A stretch of 64,000 bases of DNA from the human T2T-CHM13v2.0 reference genome, Homo sapiens (GCF_009914755.1 NC_060932.1), one strand, 5' to 3'; positions 15,871 to 31,374 are shown, numbered from the stretch's first letter. The notes: generated by a model from the letters alone, not told the origin. Made by a program: numbers and translations.

Positions 15871-18800
15871 CTGCCTAGAGGACCTATTTGCTTTTCTTTA
15901 TCTCGTAACCCATAACTCACAGGACATTAACCAGGGTGTCCAAGAACAGTCTGGGAAAGTTTTGATAATTACTTCAGCATTGCTGTGTGATGGGAGACAT
16001 TGTTTTAAAAACCGAATGTGGTAGAGGTTAAAAGGACAGCCGTCACCATCCTGTTTCAACCAACGCTTGACTGAGAACTCTTTCTGGAAATCTCTCGAAC
16101 AGACTTCCAAAAGTTATATGTGAAAAAGCACTGAAACCTCACATAACGCAAAGATCCACTGCAATACAGGCATTTAGGAAATCATTTACACTACCTTGCT
16201 GATCACTTTTCACACTTGATCTTAGCCAAAAGGCCAAGAAGCGATGTGGATAACTTTTCAACCTGTAAAATAGCCACCAATCTGCAAAAAAACTAATTGA
16301 ACACTAATAAATGACCAAAATTGATGCAATGGTTATAACTGGTATTATTTTTATTTCTGATCATCTACAATATCAAGTTTAAGACTGACTGTATATGTCA
16401 CAGTTTTGTGTGATTAACTACTTTAATTAATTGTCTTTAAAGAACTGCACAAAAGCGCCCTGAAGGAAGAGAAACCAAGGATGAATCCATGAGGGATTCG
16501 GGCTGTGTGGCGATTGCCTTCATTTTCCCAGTGGAAGGACATTTTCCAGAGAAATTTATGCTGAATACCCATTTTTATATCTCGCCCGATTGAGTGCCAA
16601 TCACTGTGCCAAGGGCTGTATATATACTGTGTCAAGGAGAAAATTTCCAAGAAAGATACTGAGATTTCTTCCTTGGCCTATTTAAAATTGGGGTTGATAC
16701 TCTTCCTCAATGGATGCCGGCAGGCAGGAAGTTCAGAGGAAGTCAGTGATCTCCAGTCAGATTCACAGTTCTCCAAAGTGTGTCCTTTTATTTCCCAGGA
16801 TCTTGCAAAACTCGTGCTGAATTGCTCATTAGGGAAAGCTTGCCATACGCTACATTAAGTGTTTCCCTTAGAGACGTTTTCTTAGGAGGCCCGACATTGA
16901 ATTATTAAACCCTGGGCTATGATTAGTGAGGCAGACACCTGCTTTCTGTATTCTGTGGGACTTGAAAGCAAGAATGAAATTACTGAATAAAATGAAATTG
17001 GTACGAGGGATATTTTGGACTTCATTTGCAGTATTACTCCGCATCTCCTCCCAAGGGTACGACAGCTGTCAGCAATGGCTTTTAAATTCCACAACAGTGG
17101 AAGGCATTACTTTGCCATTAAAATTTTGAATTGAATTTATTTTGAACATTCCCAATTTTGCAGCAGAGAAAAGATGCTAAATCAATACTTATTGAAATGA
17201 TTTTGCCTAAAATATGACATGATCAAAAATTGTGTCGATTTGCAGTTTTGTATTTTGAAGAGAAAGCACAAGTTTTTGACTGGGTACCTTGACACAGAAG
17301 CAGGGAGTTTATCTCAGTCTCCCTCCAAAGCAAGCTCCATTTTTAGTCAAATAGTATCTCAGAAGTTCTCCCTTAGGAATTAGGATTTTCTTTACTACTT
17401 GAATGGTTCTCAGTGACCCTTTACAGCCCCATTTTGACCTTAGAAACCCACATCACAGAATGGATTAGCATGCCATTTTAAAAGCCCCATTTGTGGAATC
17501 TAGAAAATATTGAGATCATTGTCAGGTAGTTTTTCCACTTTCAGAAATAAAGAATTACCTTTCCAAATGCGAGCAACTATGTGGCTCTGGGACAGCTCAG
17601 ACTGTCTCCCTGAGTTCTTGTGGGGCCTGATTCAGCTGGTCTCTGGCTGGGTGGCTTGATTGAACTCCTGAATGTTTGAATCTCTTCATGATTTTAGGAA
17701 GTTTAAGGCAGGTGTTGGAGCATTGCTTTTCACACTACCAGCATAAGCAATTCCTGTGTCTTTTTTGTTCATCTCTCTAGGAAGTCACTGTAACAAATTG
17801 TAGTTTCTGTCTTCTCCCTGGATTTTATTTTTTAGATTTATCTGTGTAAATTGAGATTAAGTAGGATTAATTCAGTAGCTGCCATTTCTTCTAAAATTAA
17901 AAAAACTGCCATCAGCAACTGATCTAAAACTCCATCTTACACTAGTGTTATATATAATATATCAATCTTAAATTCTGGCAAAAAAATGAGAATTTGGTCT
18001 GAGTGGAGTAAAAGACTGCATAAAAGCCGTTTCTCTAATCTTTGTGTGCCTGGTCTTTGCCTCCAACCTTCCTGGCTGTCTTTCCTCATGAGGTTGATGA
18101 CCACCTTATAGGTTTGAAACTCAGAGCAAGAATAAGAAGGCAGTGATGGAAGGGAAGTGTCCAAGGATGGGGTGAAAATCCTCCAAATGCAGCCAGTTCT
18201 GAGCTAGGGACAGGCAGTGTTGGTTTCTCTCTAGGTTTTCATGAATGCTGAGCACTGCACATTAACTCTTCCCATGTCAGCTCTGTCCCTCCTCATCTTC
18301 CTCTTGCCTGATGGAAACTTTGAATGCTGAAGTAGCCTTTCAGTGGCACGAAACTGTTTTAGCACACTTACACTGGTGCCTCGGTGGGCTTCCGGTTGTG
18401 AGTGGGCAGAATTTTCCATAGAGTTAGGTTCTGCTGAATTATTGAAAAGATCACATTTCTCAACAATTGGTGTTTGTCCCCTTCCATTCTTGCTTCCTGT
18501 CTGTCCCCACCTTTTTCAGAATGAGAGTACAGCAAAATTGTCTTCTCAGAGAGCTATTCGGTAGGGGAACTTGAGAAGCACAGTGCAGCTGGACATAATG
18601 TTTAAGTAAATTCTTTATTTTTGCACATTGATGATGCTTACTAGACTTCAGGCACTGTTCTGGGCTCTTGGGAAGCAAAAGACACAAAGCATGGAGTTGC
18701 CATTCTAGCAGCGGTAAACTAACGGCATAAATGAATTTGAATATGGGAGAGCTCATGGGAAAGAGCAGGCAAGTCCTCGGGATGCTGGGCTGGGATGGAG

Positions 18801-20658
18801 GGCAGGTCTCAGTATTCCAAGACGAACTTGCAGGGGAAAAGATGTGAAAAAGACGATGTTTATGTCAGTTGGGATTGACCCACAGGTTTGTCTTAAGGAA
18901 GAAAAGAACTGTTGAAATTTTTCAGCCAGTGACTGCTTTTCCAGCCACTCCTGGACCCATCCAGAAGCCCTCGCTGTTTCTAAATGTTGCTGGACACATC
19001 CTCCTCGTTTCTCCCGCTGTCATTCCTCTTTCTCAGATGGCATCCGTGACATTATTTATGGAGGTGGGCATGATTGTAACAAACTAGACTGCAAGATACA
19101 ACACTAAAATTGTGGCGGGTCCGTAAGGGAAGGAGAGCGTTTCTAGATGGGGCCTTAAAGGGTGAGCCACATCCCTAAAGGGCTTAGGAGGACACTCCAG
19201 GCCGAGATAAACCCACAAACTAAACAGCATGAGGAATGGTGAGCAGGGTCAAATGCAAGGGTGCTTAGAATGCAGATCACGGAGGGCTGCAAACTTGATG
19301 CTAAGGAGTGAGAGTTGCACAGGAGAGGCCACTTCCATCTTCCAGGACTTCTCTCCTGTGAGAGTTTCCACCAAGGAGGGGGAAAATTCATTGGCTCTTG
19401 TGGATTCCCAGTTTTTAATCTCTGGCAGATGAGGAACAGAAGAGAAGGTGGTTAGTAAAAATTTCCTGTCTTCCATCTCTCCATCCTTGTTTTTCCAAAA
19501 TTCAGACAACTTTTTATCATAAAAAATGACATAATTTGTAAATAATTTTAGAGAGTGCACAAAAATGAACAGAACAAAATTCACTAGGTCACTGCTGCTA
19601 ATACTCCATTCATTGTCATTTCAGATTCCTTTGTTCTCAGCCGTGTACAGTGTACGTTATCCAATCACGGCATCTTTTTCAAGGCCGCTCTGCATGAATG
19701 TAACCAGCTCCCTCTTGCTGGAAGTCCAGCAGTTTACAATTCTTGTTATTCAGGTTCTTTCCAATTTTTGACTCTTATAAACTCAGTTTCAATGACTCTC
19801 GTGTATAATTTCTGCACTTACCCAAATATCTCTTGCTATAAATTATGGACACTTTCAAAAATTGGGATGTCTGTAGCTGAGGTGCACAGTACTAGAATTC
19901 TGTACTGCAAATACTACCCGTGAGCATTGTGTGTGTGCACGTGTGTATGCTTTTCAAAGCGTTTTAGCGACAGCCTCTTTCGTCAGATGTGCGTGGTACC
20001 ACTGCAGGGTGGGTAAGGGAGATGGAGGTCTCTCCAGGAGATGGGTGAGGAAACTGTCTCCTAACCACTTCCTCCGGCACCACCTGCCCATAAAGTGCAT
20101 GCCCCCGGCAGCACCTTCCCATAAATCACATTTGCGGCCACCTTTCAAAGCACTGACTCGGAGGCCAACGCCAACAAAAGCTTTTGTAGCATAAAATGAT
20201 TGGGACAAATCATAGCCAAACTAAAAACAGAACTTCCTACCTTCCTCCCCAGAAACTGCTTTGATTCCTAGTTCAATTAGCCTAATTAGGCAGATCAAAG
20301 AGACAACACATTTTTCTGAGAAGATGAGAATCATACAGCAAAATTCTGTTGTGTTTCTCAGTGTAGGAAGTTGCTACAAGGGTTAAGTGTGAATGCTGTC
20401 TTAGTTGTAGGGGAAAGCACCTTCTGGAAGTGGTCTGATTGGACTTGCACACTTACAGTTGCTCAGTGGTGGCCTTCTATCCGTGCCATCCTCCCAGCCA
20501 CTTCGTGGTCATAAGATCTCACGATAGTTTGTAGACTAAATCATTGCGTACTAAACACAATGAGTGGAACACAAAGTCTTAATTAAGGACTCCGTGTCCC
20601 ATTAGGTGGAAGGCTTGGATTAGGTGGAAGTCATAAATTCTATTCTTTTTTAAAAATG

Positions 20659-20975
20659 AGGCCAAGTGGATTGGCTCACACTTGTAATCCCAGCACTTTG
20701 GGAGGTCGAAGTGGGTAGATTGCTTGAGCCCAAGAATTTCGAGACCAGCCTGGGCAACGTGGCAAGACCCCGTCTCTACAAAAAATACGGAAAATTAGCT
20801 GGGCATGATGGCTTATGCCTGTAGTCCCAGCTACTTGGGAGGCTGAAGTGGAAGGATCGCCTGAGTCTGGGGAGGTCGAGACTGCAGTGAGCTGAGATTG
20901 TGCTACTGCACTCCACCCTGGGCGACAGAGTTAGACCCTGCCTCAAAACAAAACAAAATGAAAAGAAAAAAAATG
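20659..20975 (+). mobile_element. Alu (AluJ-type)
   Basis: Two arms, diverged, A-rich tail. Confidence 0.92.
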
Positions 20976-21039
20976 AGCCCTACTTAAACTGGCTGCACCC
21001 CCTCTCCCTCCCAGCGCCCAACCCGCTAGGGTGCCCTAC

Positions 21040-21372
21040 TCCCCCGTGCCTCAGGGCCCTTGCATTTGCTGCTCGCTTTGTCTAGGATGCTCCTCCCCAT
21101 GTGCTTATGGCTCCATCTCTGCTAAATTGTCTCCTCCGCAGAGAGGGCTCTGCCCAGCCTGTCTAGAGTGGCACCTCTGCCATGGTCTCCCTTAACTTCC
21201 TCATCACCTCCATCATGACCTCACATTATAGTTTTGTCTCCTCCGCTAAATATATGCTCAGGGAGGGCAGGGGCTTTGTTCTGTTGGTGGCTGTTTTTTC
21301 AAGACCTAGAACAATGCGTGAGACACATTAGAAATTCAATACCTATATAATATTTGAGCGAGTGAATGAGTA
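21040..21372 (+). mobile_element. L2 3' end
   Basis: ctcagggcccttgcatttgctg...gagggcagggg...cctagaaca...gagtgaatgag typical of the L2 terminus. Confidence 0.65.
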
Positions 21373-22710
21373 AATCCTTCATTGCCCTTGCCTAGGGAGT
21401 TGCAAGGAAACTTGGAGATTTTAAAGAATGTGGATTTAGAAGTAAAGAAAGTAAAGGAGTTATGAAAAAAATCCAGCGACTGTAAGAGAGGAGCTGATCT
21501 CAGAGCTCGCTCTCCAGGCAGGGCTGCCCTGCCCAGCAGTGCCATTCCTGCCTCCAGCCCCTTCTCTCCCAGAATTTTCACTTGAAGCCAGAGCCTAAAA
21601 TTCCCCCAGTTGGAGGTTGACTTGTGCTAATGATAAGCATCATCTTTTAAAAATGTTTTAGTAGATTCAGCCATTTAACAGGTATTTATTGGGCAGCAGC
21701 AATGGTGTGGCTATTGTGTTAGAGGCCAGGGTGACAAAAGTCAGCTGGACAGCCTTGCCAAGCTTCCAGATTTTCGATGTGACTTTGGTTGGACGATTGC
21801 CCTCCTGCTGTACCCAGCTAAGAGAAGAGATCTGAAGAAAGGAGATGTGGTTCAGTGGAGCGGGAGCTGTAATAGGGTGCCTGCCTCTTCCCAGGGAGGT
21901 GGCAGCTGCTGCTTTTTGGACAGAGGAGGGCGAAAATGGACAGCGTGCCTACCTGGTGGGGCGTTGAGGGTGCCCAGGGGCTAGGGAAGGGGGAAGAAGC
22001 TCATTATTCTCCTAGACTATACCCATAAAGAAAATTCTTATTAATACCCCTTTCTATGTTACACCTACATGAGCTCAATTCAGAACCTAATAATCATTTT
22101 TTTTTCCATGGGGGAATGTTCCAGAAGTTTCCAAGATGCAAAGTCTATTTAAAACCAACTTTTGAAACAGAACAGAATTTGTATTTCTCCCTCCTAGCCC
22201 CACTTAAGATTCAAAAGAAAGTAAAGCTTTTTATTCGTCCAAGAATGTGAATAGACTAATAGTTAAGGGAACAAGATTTCTAAGAGGTTCTTATCACTTG
22301 TGCAAGCAATAAATAAATTATTCAAAAATAAACTTTCCACATACTATAAAAGAGGTACCTTGAACCTTTCTGTAAGGGATATTTAATTGGAAACAGGAAC
22401 ATAATTCAAACATGCATGACCACATAGTCATCCTAGCCTATGGAGAAAGCTTTTCGGCATAGTTCTGATGAGACAAGAGTTCCTGTCCCAGTTGTGAAAT
22501 TACCAAGATACAGTTCCAAATTGTGCTTTCTGACACCTCGTATTCCGTGAGTGAGAAGTACACACAGCATTAGTAGCGTCAGGAAAAACTCGAGACTGCT
22601 AAAAATAGGACCTCAAGTTCACCGAGACCACTGGGTCCTCTTGCTCACGTACCAGCTCTTAGAAATAATGCTACCAGGATTGACAGGCCTCCAGCTCAGT
22701 CCTCAAACTT

Positions 22711-22802
22711 TGTGTGTGTGTGCGCGCGCGCCTGTGTGTCGTGCATGTGTGTGTGCATGCGTGTGTGTGTGTTGTGCGTGTGTGAGTGCGTGTGTGTGTG
22801 TG
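22711..22802. repeat. Compound (TG)n/(CG)n alternating purine-pyrimidine repeat
   Basis: Directly visible. Confidence 0.95.
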
Positions 22803-22804
22803 AG

Positions 22805-22930
22805 AGAGTCACCTGGGGATCTAGTTCAATTGCAGATTCCAATTCGGTATTTCTGGAGTGGGTCGTGGGATTCTGCCTTCCTAACAAGCCGGAAGTCGAA
22901 GCCAGTGCTGCTGGTCTGTAAACTGCAGAG
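22805..22930. mobile_element. MER5-like hAT-Charlie relic
   Basis: gagtcacctggggatct...tgcagattc...ggattctgccttcctaacaagc...gctgctggtc. Confidence 0.6.
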
Positions 22931-22965
22931 CCTAGCAAGGCTCTAGCTTGCCAACAACTTTCACA

Positions 22966-23515
<550 letters not shown>

Positions 23516-24499
23516 CCTTTTTTTTTTAAAAAAAAAAGAAAATATTGCCCTGTGTGTTCAGCAGTGCTGGTATTATCTACTTTTACACATAAGAAAATGG
23601 GTTCAAAGTGGCATATTGCTCAAGTTTATGCTGGAACCCAAGTTTTCTAACTTCTCGTGGAATGTTTGCATTGTACCAACTCTGGCTGCAGTATTGCATC
23701 CTGAATGTAGAAGTGGTGAGTGGGAGGGTGTGACGAAAATGACATTTCTGGAAACCCAATGGGGAAAATACACAAATACTTTTATTATCACTTTGTGTCT
23801 CTTGAGGGCTTATGAGTGGGACCAAGTGGGCTAAGGAGACAAAGTCTATATGAGAGTTCTTAGCCTTGCCATGTCAGATGGCAAGTGTCCTGTTGCTGAT
23901 GACAAACTTACTTGACTATCTCTGAGGAAATCAGATTTAACTTGACTCTAGGCAACCTTCCATCTTCTGGATGGAACTGAAACTTGAGAACTCAGTGGCA
24001 TTGATTGATGGAGCACACCGTTCTCATCAGATGGTACAAAGGATGTGCAAATCATATGCAAGTGGGCGAAATCTCTCAGAATCTGCCATCCTGAAACCAA
24101 ATGTCTTCATTCCAGCTAGATTTTCATTCGGTGTTTGGGTGACATTCAGTGAGGTCTTGAGTATGCATATTCTTCATATGGTATTTGTTGAAAAACAGCT
24201 AAAAACTGCAATACAAAGATAAGAAGACACCAACATGGAAGTCAGTTGTAGACTTTGTCGGCTGGAGCCCAAGGACCCAGCTGTTGGCAGGAGGCCTGCC
24301 TGTCCTGGGTTGATGGGATGTGGGGCAAAGTGGACCTCATGGGGGCCTTTGACTCTCATGGTTACTTTTTCCAGGAAAAGGCTGCTTGACTAACATCGGT
24401 CCATCTTCCTTTTCCAAGCATTTGCCACTGAGGAGTGCAATGGTAGCATGGAAAGCTTTGATCCGTCTGATACCTTATTCAGTTCAGATACACCAATGC

Positions 24500-25070
24500 C
24501 TTCGTTGTGCAGTATTCTAATGGTGTTTTGTTAAAAACATAATACATGTTCACTGCAAAAAATTAGAAATTAAAGGAAACTGTAAAATTATTTTTATTAT
24601 TAAAGTTTTGTAACCTACTCTTCCGTGTAAAACTATTTGAATGTTTCACCAAATTTTGAGATAAGATTTAAAAGTATTTGTTGACAAGTTGGCATTCCAT
24701 CAGATGGATGCATGCCAGCTTATCCAGGCATCTGTTACTGATGAACTTTTAGCCTGTTTCTTATTATGTAATAGGTTATGCTGCAAGGAAGTATCCTTGT
24801 ACTGAATCTTTGTATACATCTCTGCTTATTTCCTTAGGGTAAATACTGAGAAGTGGAATCACCAATTCAAAAGATATTTTAAAAATATCTGTTGGATGAA
24901 TTATTAACTTTTGTCACTGGTACATATATTTTCCCTCATTTATTCTTTAGCTTTGTTGATAGCATTTTTGACATTCAGAAAAGTTTACTTTTATCTAGTC
25001 AAATTTGTCAAGTTTTTATTTTATGCTTTCTTCTGCTCTTGTGGTTAAAAATGTCTTCCCAATCCAAAAA
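24500..25070 (-). mobile_element. Degenerate L1M/L1ME fragments
   Basis: atttccttagggtaaatactgagaagtggaat and related antisense L1M motifs. Confidence 0.55.
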
Positions 25071-25179
25071 TAAAATGACAATTAAAGTTAGTTTTAATCA
25101 TAGACTTAATTGGAAAACAGTGGAATTACTAATTGGCAGCAAGTGTTTTGAGGAACATACAACCATGAATTAAATGTGG

Positions 25180-25276
25180 TCTAGTCTTAACCAGATATAT
25201 GCATCAGAATCACCCGTTTGAGCTTTTAAATGTTACCAGTGCCTGGGTCATATCCCAGATCCACTGAATCAGAAAA
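25180..25276. mobile_element. MER5-like hAT relic
   Basis: tgcatcagaatcacc...gagcttttaaa...agtgcctgggtc...cccagatccactgaatcagaa. Confidence 0.6.
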
Positions 25277-25479
25277 TGTTTTTGAAAAAGACCTTCCATA
25301 AGCCCACAAACTTACAAAGGAGGAGAGCCAAGTTGCACATGATATATACATATATATTTTGGCTTGAGTTACTCATTAGATTTATTGGCATGGCGGGTGC
25401 GTTTTGTCACAGTCAGTACATCTGTTCGCTAGGAGAATCAGGCTGTCATTCTAGCTTCCAGAAGAAAGGAGATTCAGAA

Positions 25480-25722
25480 CAGTGTGTGCTGGGGGAGCCC
25501 CTGCAAAATTGCACTGGTGCCTAAAAGCACCAGTCTCACAAGTCAGTGTTACCTATTTGACTGGCATGTGATCATTTCTGACTTCCATGCTGATTCTCAT
25601 GCTTGTCTTAGGTGTTACTAACACTACAGCAAGTAGCTTCTTAAAAAGAAAAAACTTAGAAGATACAATATATTTAAGAATACCTTACATTCATATAATT
25701 CTTAAAACCAAGATTCATTGCT
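25480..25722 (+). repeat. Copy 2 of the ~240-bp diverged direct repeat
   Basis: cagtgtgtgctgggggagccc...tgttactaacacta...taccttacatt matches copy 1. Confidence 0.85.
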
Positions 25723-25950
25723 GTTTGATATATAGCAGAATCTCATTTGAGATGGAGGGTTGACCTTGCAGATAATATTTGCAGTTTGGGGAAAGAAAGT
25801 CAACCAAAAATGTCCACTTACGTATTTGCACAAACTTGAACGCTACTCATGAGTTAATATTGAAAATACATCCCTGTTTCTCTAGCCTGGAGCTGCAGGC
25901 TTTCTCATTAAAGATTTTATAAGGAAATTTGCCTTTGTATCAGCCTACTT

Positions 25951-26115
25951 TTTTTCTTTCCAACTTTTACTTTAAGTTCAGAGGTACATGTGCAGGATGT
26001 GCAGGTTTGTTACATAGGTAAGCATGTGCCGTGGTGGTTTGCTTCACAGAGCATCCCATCACCCAGGTATTAAGCTCAGCACCCACTAGCTGCTCTTCCT
26101 GATGCTCTCCCTCCT
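25951..26115 (-). mobile_element. Short 5'-truncated older L1PA 3' end with TSD TCAGCCTA(C/T)TT
   Basis: ggtacatgtgcaggatgtgcaggtttgttacataggta...cccatcacccaggtattaagc; direct repeat at 25940 and 26116. Confidence 0.9.
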
Positions 26116-26520
26116 TCAGCCTATTTTTTAGTGGCATTCTGTGTTTTAAAGAAGCAGCAGTCAGTCTGCAGGAGAGGAGAGGGAAGGTGCAGGCAGGCCT
26201 GGGCTTTGGGTAAGTAACTTGGGAATCTTGGAGCCTCAGAAATGATGATGCTGATGATGACATTGACAGTGCTGACGTTGATGCCACCCCAGAGGTCTGT
26301 GAGGATGATAGGTGTGGTCATCTGCCTAGTGTCTGGCTGCTAGTAACCACTCCATCGATGTCGGTCCCACCAGCCCCCAGTCTGTGCACTGCAGTGGATG
26401 ATTTGAAGTGGGGTATTTGGGAGACAGAGGGTTCCCAGGAGAAGTCCCTTTCTGTTTCTGAGGTCCTCTGATCCATTTGAGAGGGAAATTACAAATGCCC
26501 CCAAATGAAAAGTAGATAAT

Positions 26521-26926
26521 GGCCGGGTGTAGTGGCTCTGGCCTGTACTCCCAGCACTTTGGGAGGTTGAAGGGGGACGATCACTTGAGGCCAGGGGTTT
26601 CAGACCAGTCTGGTCAACATAGTGAAATCCCTTATCTACCAAAAATACAAAACATTAGCTGGGCATGGTGGTGCACACCTGTAATCGCTGGTACTCAGGA
26701 GGCTGCAGCAGGAGAATCGCTTGAACCCCGGAGACAGAGGTTGCAGTGAGCCGAGATACATACATATATATGTATATATCATGTGCAACTTGGCTCTGCT
26801 CCTTTGTAAGTTTGTGGGCTTATGGAAAGTCTTTTTAAAAAACGTTTTCTGATTCAGTGGATCTAGGATATGACCACGGCACTCCAGCCTGGGCGACACA
26901 GCAAGACTCTGTCAAAAAAAAAAAAA
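26521..26926 (+). mobile_element. Alu carrying a ~118-bp non-Alu insertion (26758-26875)
   Basis: Right arm is split between ...GAGCCGAGAT and CCAC(G)GCACTCCAGCCTGGGCGAC. Confidence 0.95.
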
Positions 26927-27228
<302 letters not shown>

Positions 27229-27496
27229 TTACATAATGTAAAGACCCTGAAGTATAAAGGGTAAATTTTGAATTATAGAGAGTACATTTATTTCTTATAA
27301 GAAATGAAAAAAGGGAAAGATAGGCGTGACTTGAAGTAGTTATTACACTAGTTTTTATATCCTTTTCCAATATTTAAGTATAAAATACTTAAACTAAATT
27401 TGAAGGCATCTTAGAGAATTTCAAGAAGAAGAAAAGGACCATGTTGCCAACATCTGGCTATTATAACTAAGAGACTAAGGATGTGGCCGGGCACTA

Positions 27497-28167
<671 letters not shown>

Positions 28168-28569
28168 TCAGGCCCCTTTCTGCTCCAGTCTTCCATGGCG
28201 AGAAACCTATTTATTGATTATTGCAGACCAGAAAAATTGAAAGAGGTTGAAAGGGATTCTGAGTTCTTTTCTGGCCAAGATTCCTCCAGAAGCCGGCAGA
28301 ATGAGGTTCTTGATCATCATCCAGGGGGAAGAGTTTCTCTTTGGGCTTTACTCAGCCTTTCTTGCAGTCTCCCGGCTCTTGTTTGCAGGGCAGGACCATG
28401 GCCAGCTCCCTACGAACGTGAGATCAGCAGTTTCTCTTTCTAACCTTTATCACCCGGGATACCCCCTGTCCCCACTGCAGAGCTTTCACATCATGGCTTC
28501 CAGAGCATCAGATCTTTCCAGCCAGGGTCCTCACCTACCCCCCTAAACCTAGAGGGGAGTCTCAGGTCA

Positions 28570-28810
28570 AAGTGTTCCATTTGGGCTGCAAACTCCATAT
28601 AATGGGTTGCAACCAGAATTCTAAAACTAAAATGAGTAAAATAAAAAGTACCATAGTGCTTCCAAGGTTGTAAGGATATGTATTATTTGCTAAAACATTT
28701 GCTCACTTCTACATTCATAAGTGCGTGTGTGTGTGTGCGTGCACAATGAGTTGCAGTGAAAAATACATTTCTTACTCTTGAGTTGTCAGAAGAATTTTAA
28801 AAGCAATGAG
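28570..28810. mobile_element. Degenerate hAT-type DNA transposon relic
   Basis: tgggttgcaaccag...aaatacatttcttact...aattttaaaagcaatg pattern. Confidence 0.4.
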
Positions 28811-28812
28811 TT

Positions 28813-29065
28813 CACAGTCCCTTATCGCAAACCTGAAAGTTTTAAGTTTGGCATGAGGTCATTTGGCAGCAAAACACAACCTCATGTAATTTAAGATTAT
28901 TTATACTCTTTGTTTATCTCACTTGCTATGAACATTTGTATGCTTAACTGCAGAATGGAGTTGTACCTTTGACCCCAGTGGGTGTGTTACACTTGATTAC
29001 TTTTCTAAGGGCGAAAAAATTCTGAACCGCAGGGTTTTTGCATAAGAGATTGTGGTGGATCTGTA
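28813..29065. mobile_element. MER46C-like TcMar-Tigger relic
   Basis: acagtcccttatc...tcatttggcagcaaaac...ataagagattgtgg..ctgta (inverted termini). Confidence 0.6.
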
Positions 29066-29353
29066 TAAGAAATATAACGCTTTTCATTCATTCAGCAAAT
29101 ATTTATTGAATGCTTACGATGACCTTGGCATTGTGCTGGGTGTCAGATAAAGGAGGAAAAGTGAGTATGAGAGGAGGTGTTGGGGGACTTGAACAGTCCC
29201 ATGGGCAGGATGGATTTGGGGCCACCAGAGCTGGGCTTCAGTTTCTTCAGTTTCACATGCAGGTAACTCACCCGGCCCCACGGCTGCAGGGCATCACTGC
29301 AAATGGCTTCCAAATGTCCTGCTCCACATTTCTAACTCCTCTGTAAGACTTAA

Positions 29354-29877
<524 letters not shown>

Positions 29878-30149
29878 CTTTGTCTTGCTTTTTCTCTAGC
29901 AATAGCCCTTGCTTGGTTCCTTTCATGCCATTCCTGGTGCCACCTGCTGGTACAGACATGCATTCCTACCTCTCACCTAAGAGAGAGGATGGCCTAGAAG
30001 AGAACTTGGAGGAAGCAAAGGTTATAGAGACCTGGGCTCGAGTTGTGCCTCTTTTCCATTACAGCTGGGTTAACGTAGCACACAGGATCAGTTTTCTCAT
30101 CTATCAAATGGGGTTGATTGCAAGTATTTCATGAATTATAGTTAGGAAT

Positions 30150-31370
30150 AAAACTATATCCAGGACACATGAACACCAAAAACAATCTTAAAAGATAAGC
30201 CCCAGATGGTAGGCAGATATTTGCAGGACATAGAACCAACAAAAGATTGGTGTTCGAATTTATAAAGAACCTCCTTCAACCCAATAAGGAAAAAAAGACC
30301 CAATTTATAAAAGTGGGCAAAAAATATGAACAGGCACTTTCTGAAGAGGAAATCAAAAGATCGGTGTATATAAAAAGATGTTCAACCTTATTAGCAATCC
30401 AGAAAAATGCAATTAAAACAATAACATACTGTTTCATATCTATCATATGGCATAAAATGCAGGCAAGTGTGTCAAGCACTAATAATGCATACTGCTGCTG
30501 AATATGTAAACTGGTTTACTCTCTTTGAGACACCTACCATCTGCTGGTGTCATTGCCAGGACTATCCTTTCCAACATTGCTTTTAGTGGCAAAAATGCTG
30601 GAAATTAAGAAAAAAAAAAACCATTAAAAAGCGACTGGAAGTGGGTGCAGTGGCTCACACCTGTAATCCCAACACTTTGGGAGGCTGAGAGGGGAGGATC
30701 ACTTGAGTCCAGGAATCTGAGACCAGCCTGGACAACATAGTGAGACCTCATGTCTACAAAAAATAAACTAAAACTCAGCAGGGCCTGTTGGTGCACACCT
30801 CTAGTCTCAGCTACGTGAGAGGCCGAGGTGGGAGGATCGCTTGAGCCCAGGACTTTGAGACTGCAGTGAGCTATAATTTGCTCCACTGCACTCCAGCCTG
30901 GGTGACTGAGCAAGACTCTGTGTGGGAAAATAAAAAGGAGACTGGATAAATTGCAAATATTCATTTAATAGAATACTATAATACTGTCCAACTGTTAAAG
31001 CCACATTTGTGTCATCATGGATAAATGTGAAAAAAAGTTGAGTGAACAAAACAACGTAGAATATCTACAGTACAAAACCATTTCCATAAAATTTTAAAAC
31101 AAACTATTATATATGTTTATGTGTGTGCATATGAATAAGTATATATCTAGTAAGAATAGTAGAATATGCATGGGATTGATTAACAAAAAATTCAGTATAG
31201 CGGCTCCTCCAGGAAGGGGAAGATGACGGAGAAGACAGGTTTTACTGCACATTAAGTAATTTATTTCTTGAAAGTAGAACTATGCAAAACGCTAAATTTT
31301 GTCAAAGCTGAGTGGGTGTACATGTGCTCCTTGTAATATTATTACCTTTTATTTATATTTGTTGAAATAT
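30150..31370 (+). mobile_element. Old L1M 3' region interrupted by an Alu
   Basis: aaaagtgggcaaaaaatatgaacaggcact...aaaagatgttcaacc...gcaattaaaacaata; ORF 30247-30501 resembles the ORF2 C-terminus. Confidence 0.7.
30641..30935 (+). mobile_element. Alu (AluJ-type)
   Basis: Two arms, GGAGGATCGCTTGAGCCCAGG. Confidence 0.92.
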
Positions 31371-31374
31371 TTCA

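Noticed and set aside
27373-27393. 9-bp inverted repeat TTTAAGTAT-aaa-ATACTTAAA
   Set aside because: Short and AT-rich; expected by chance in 64 kb
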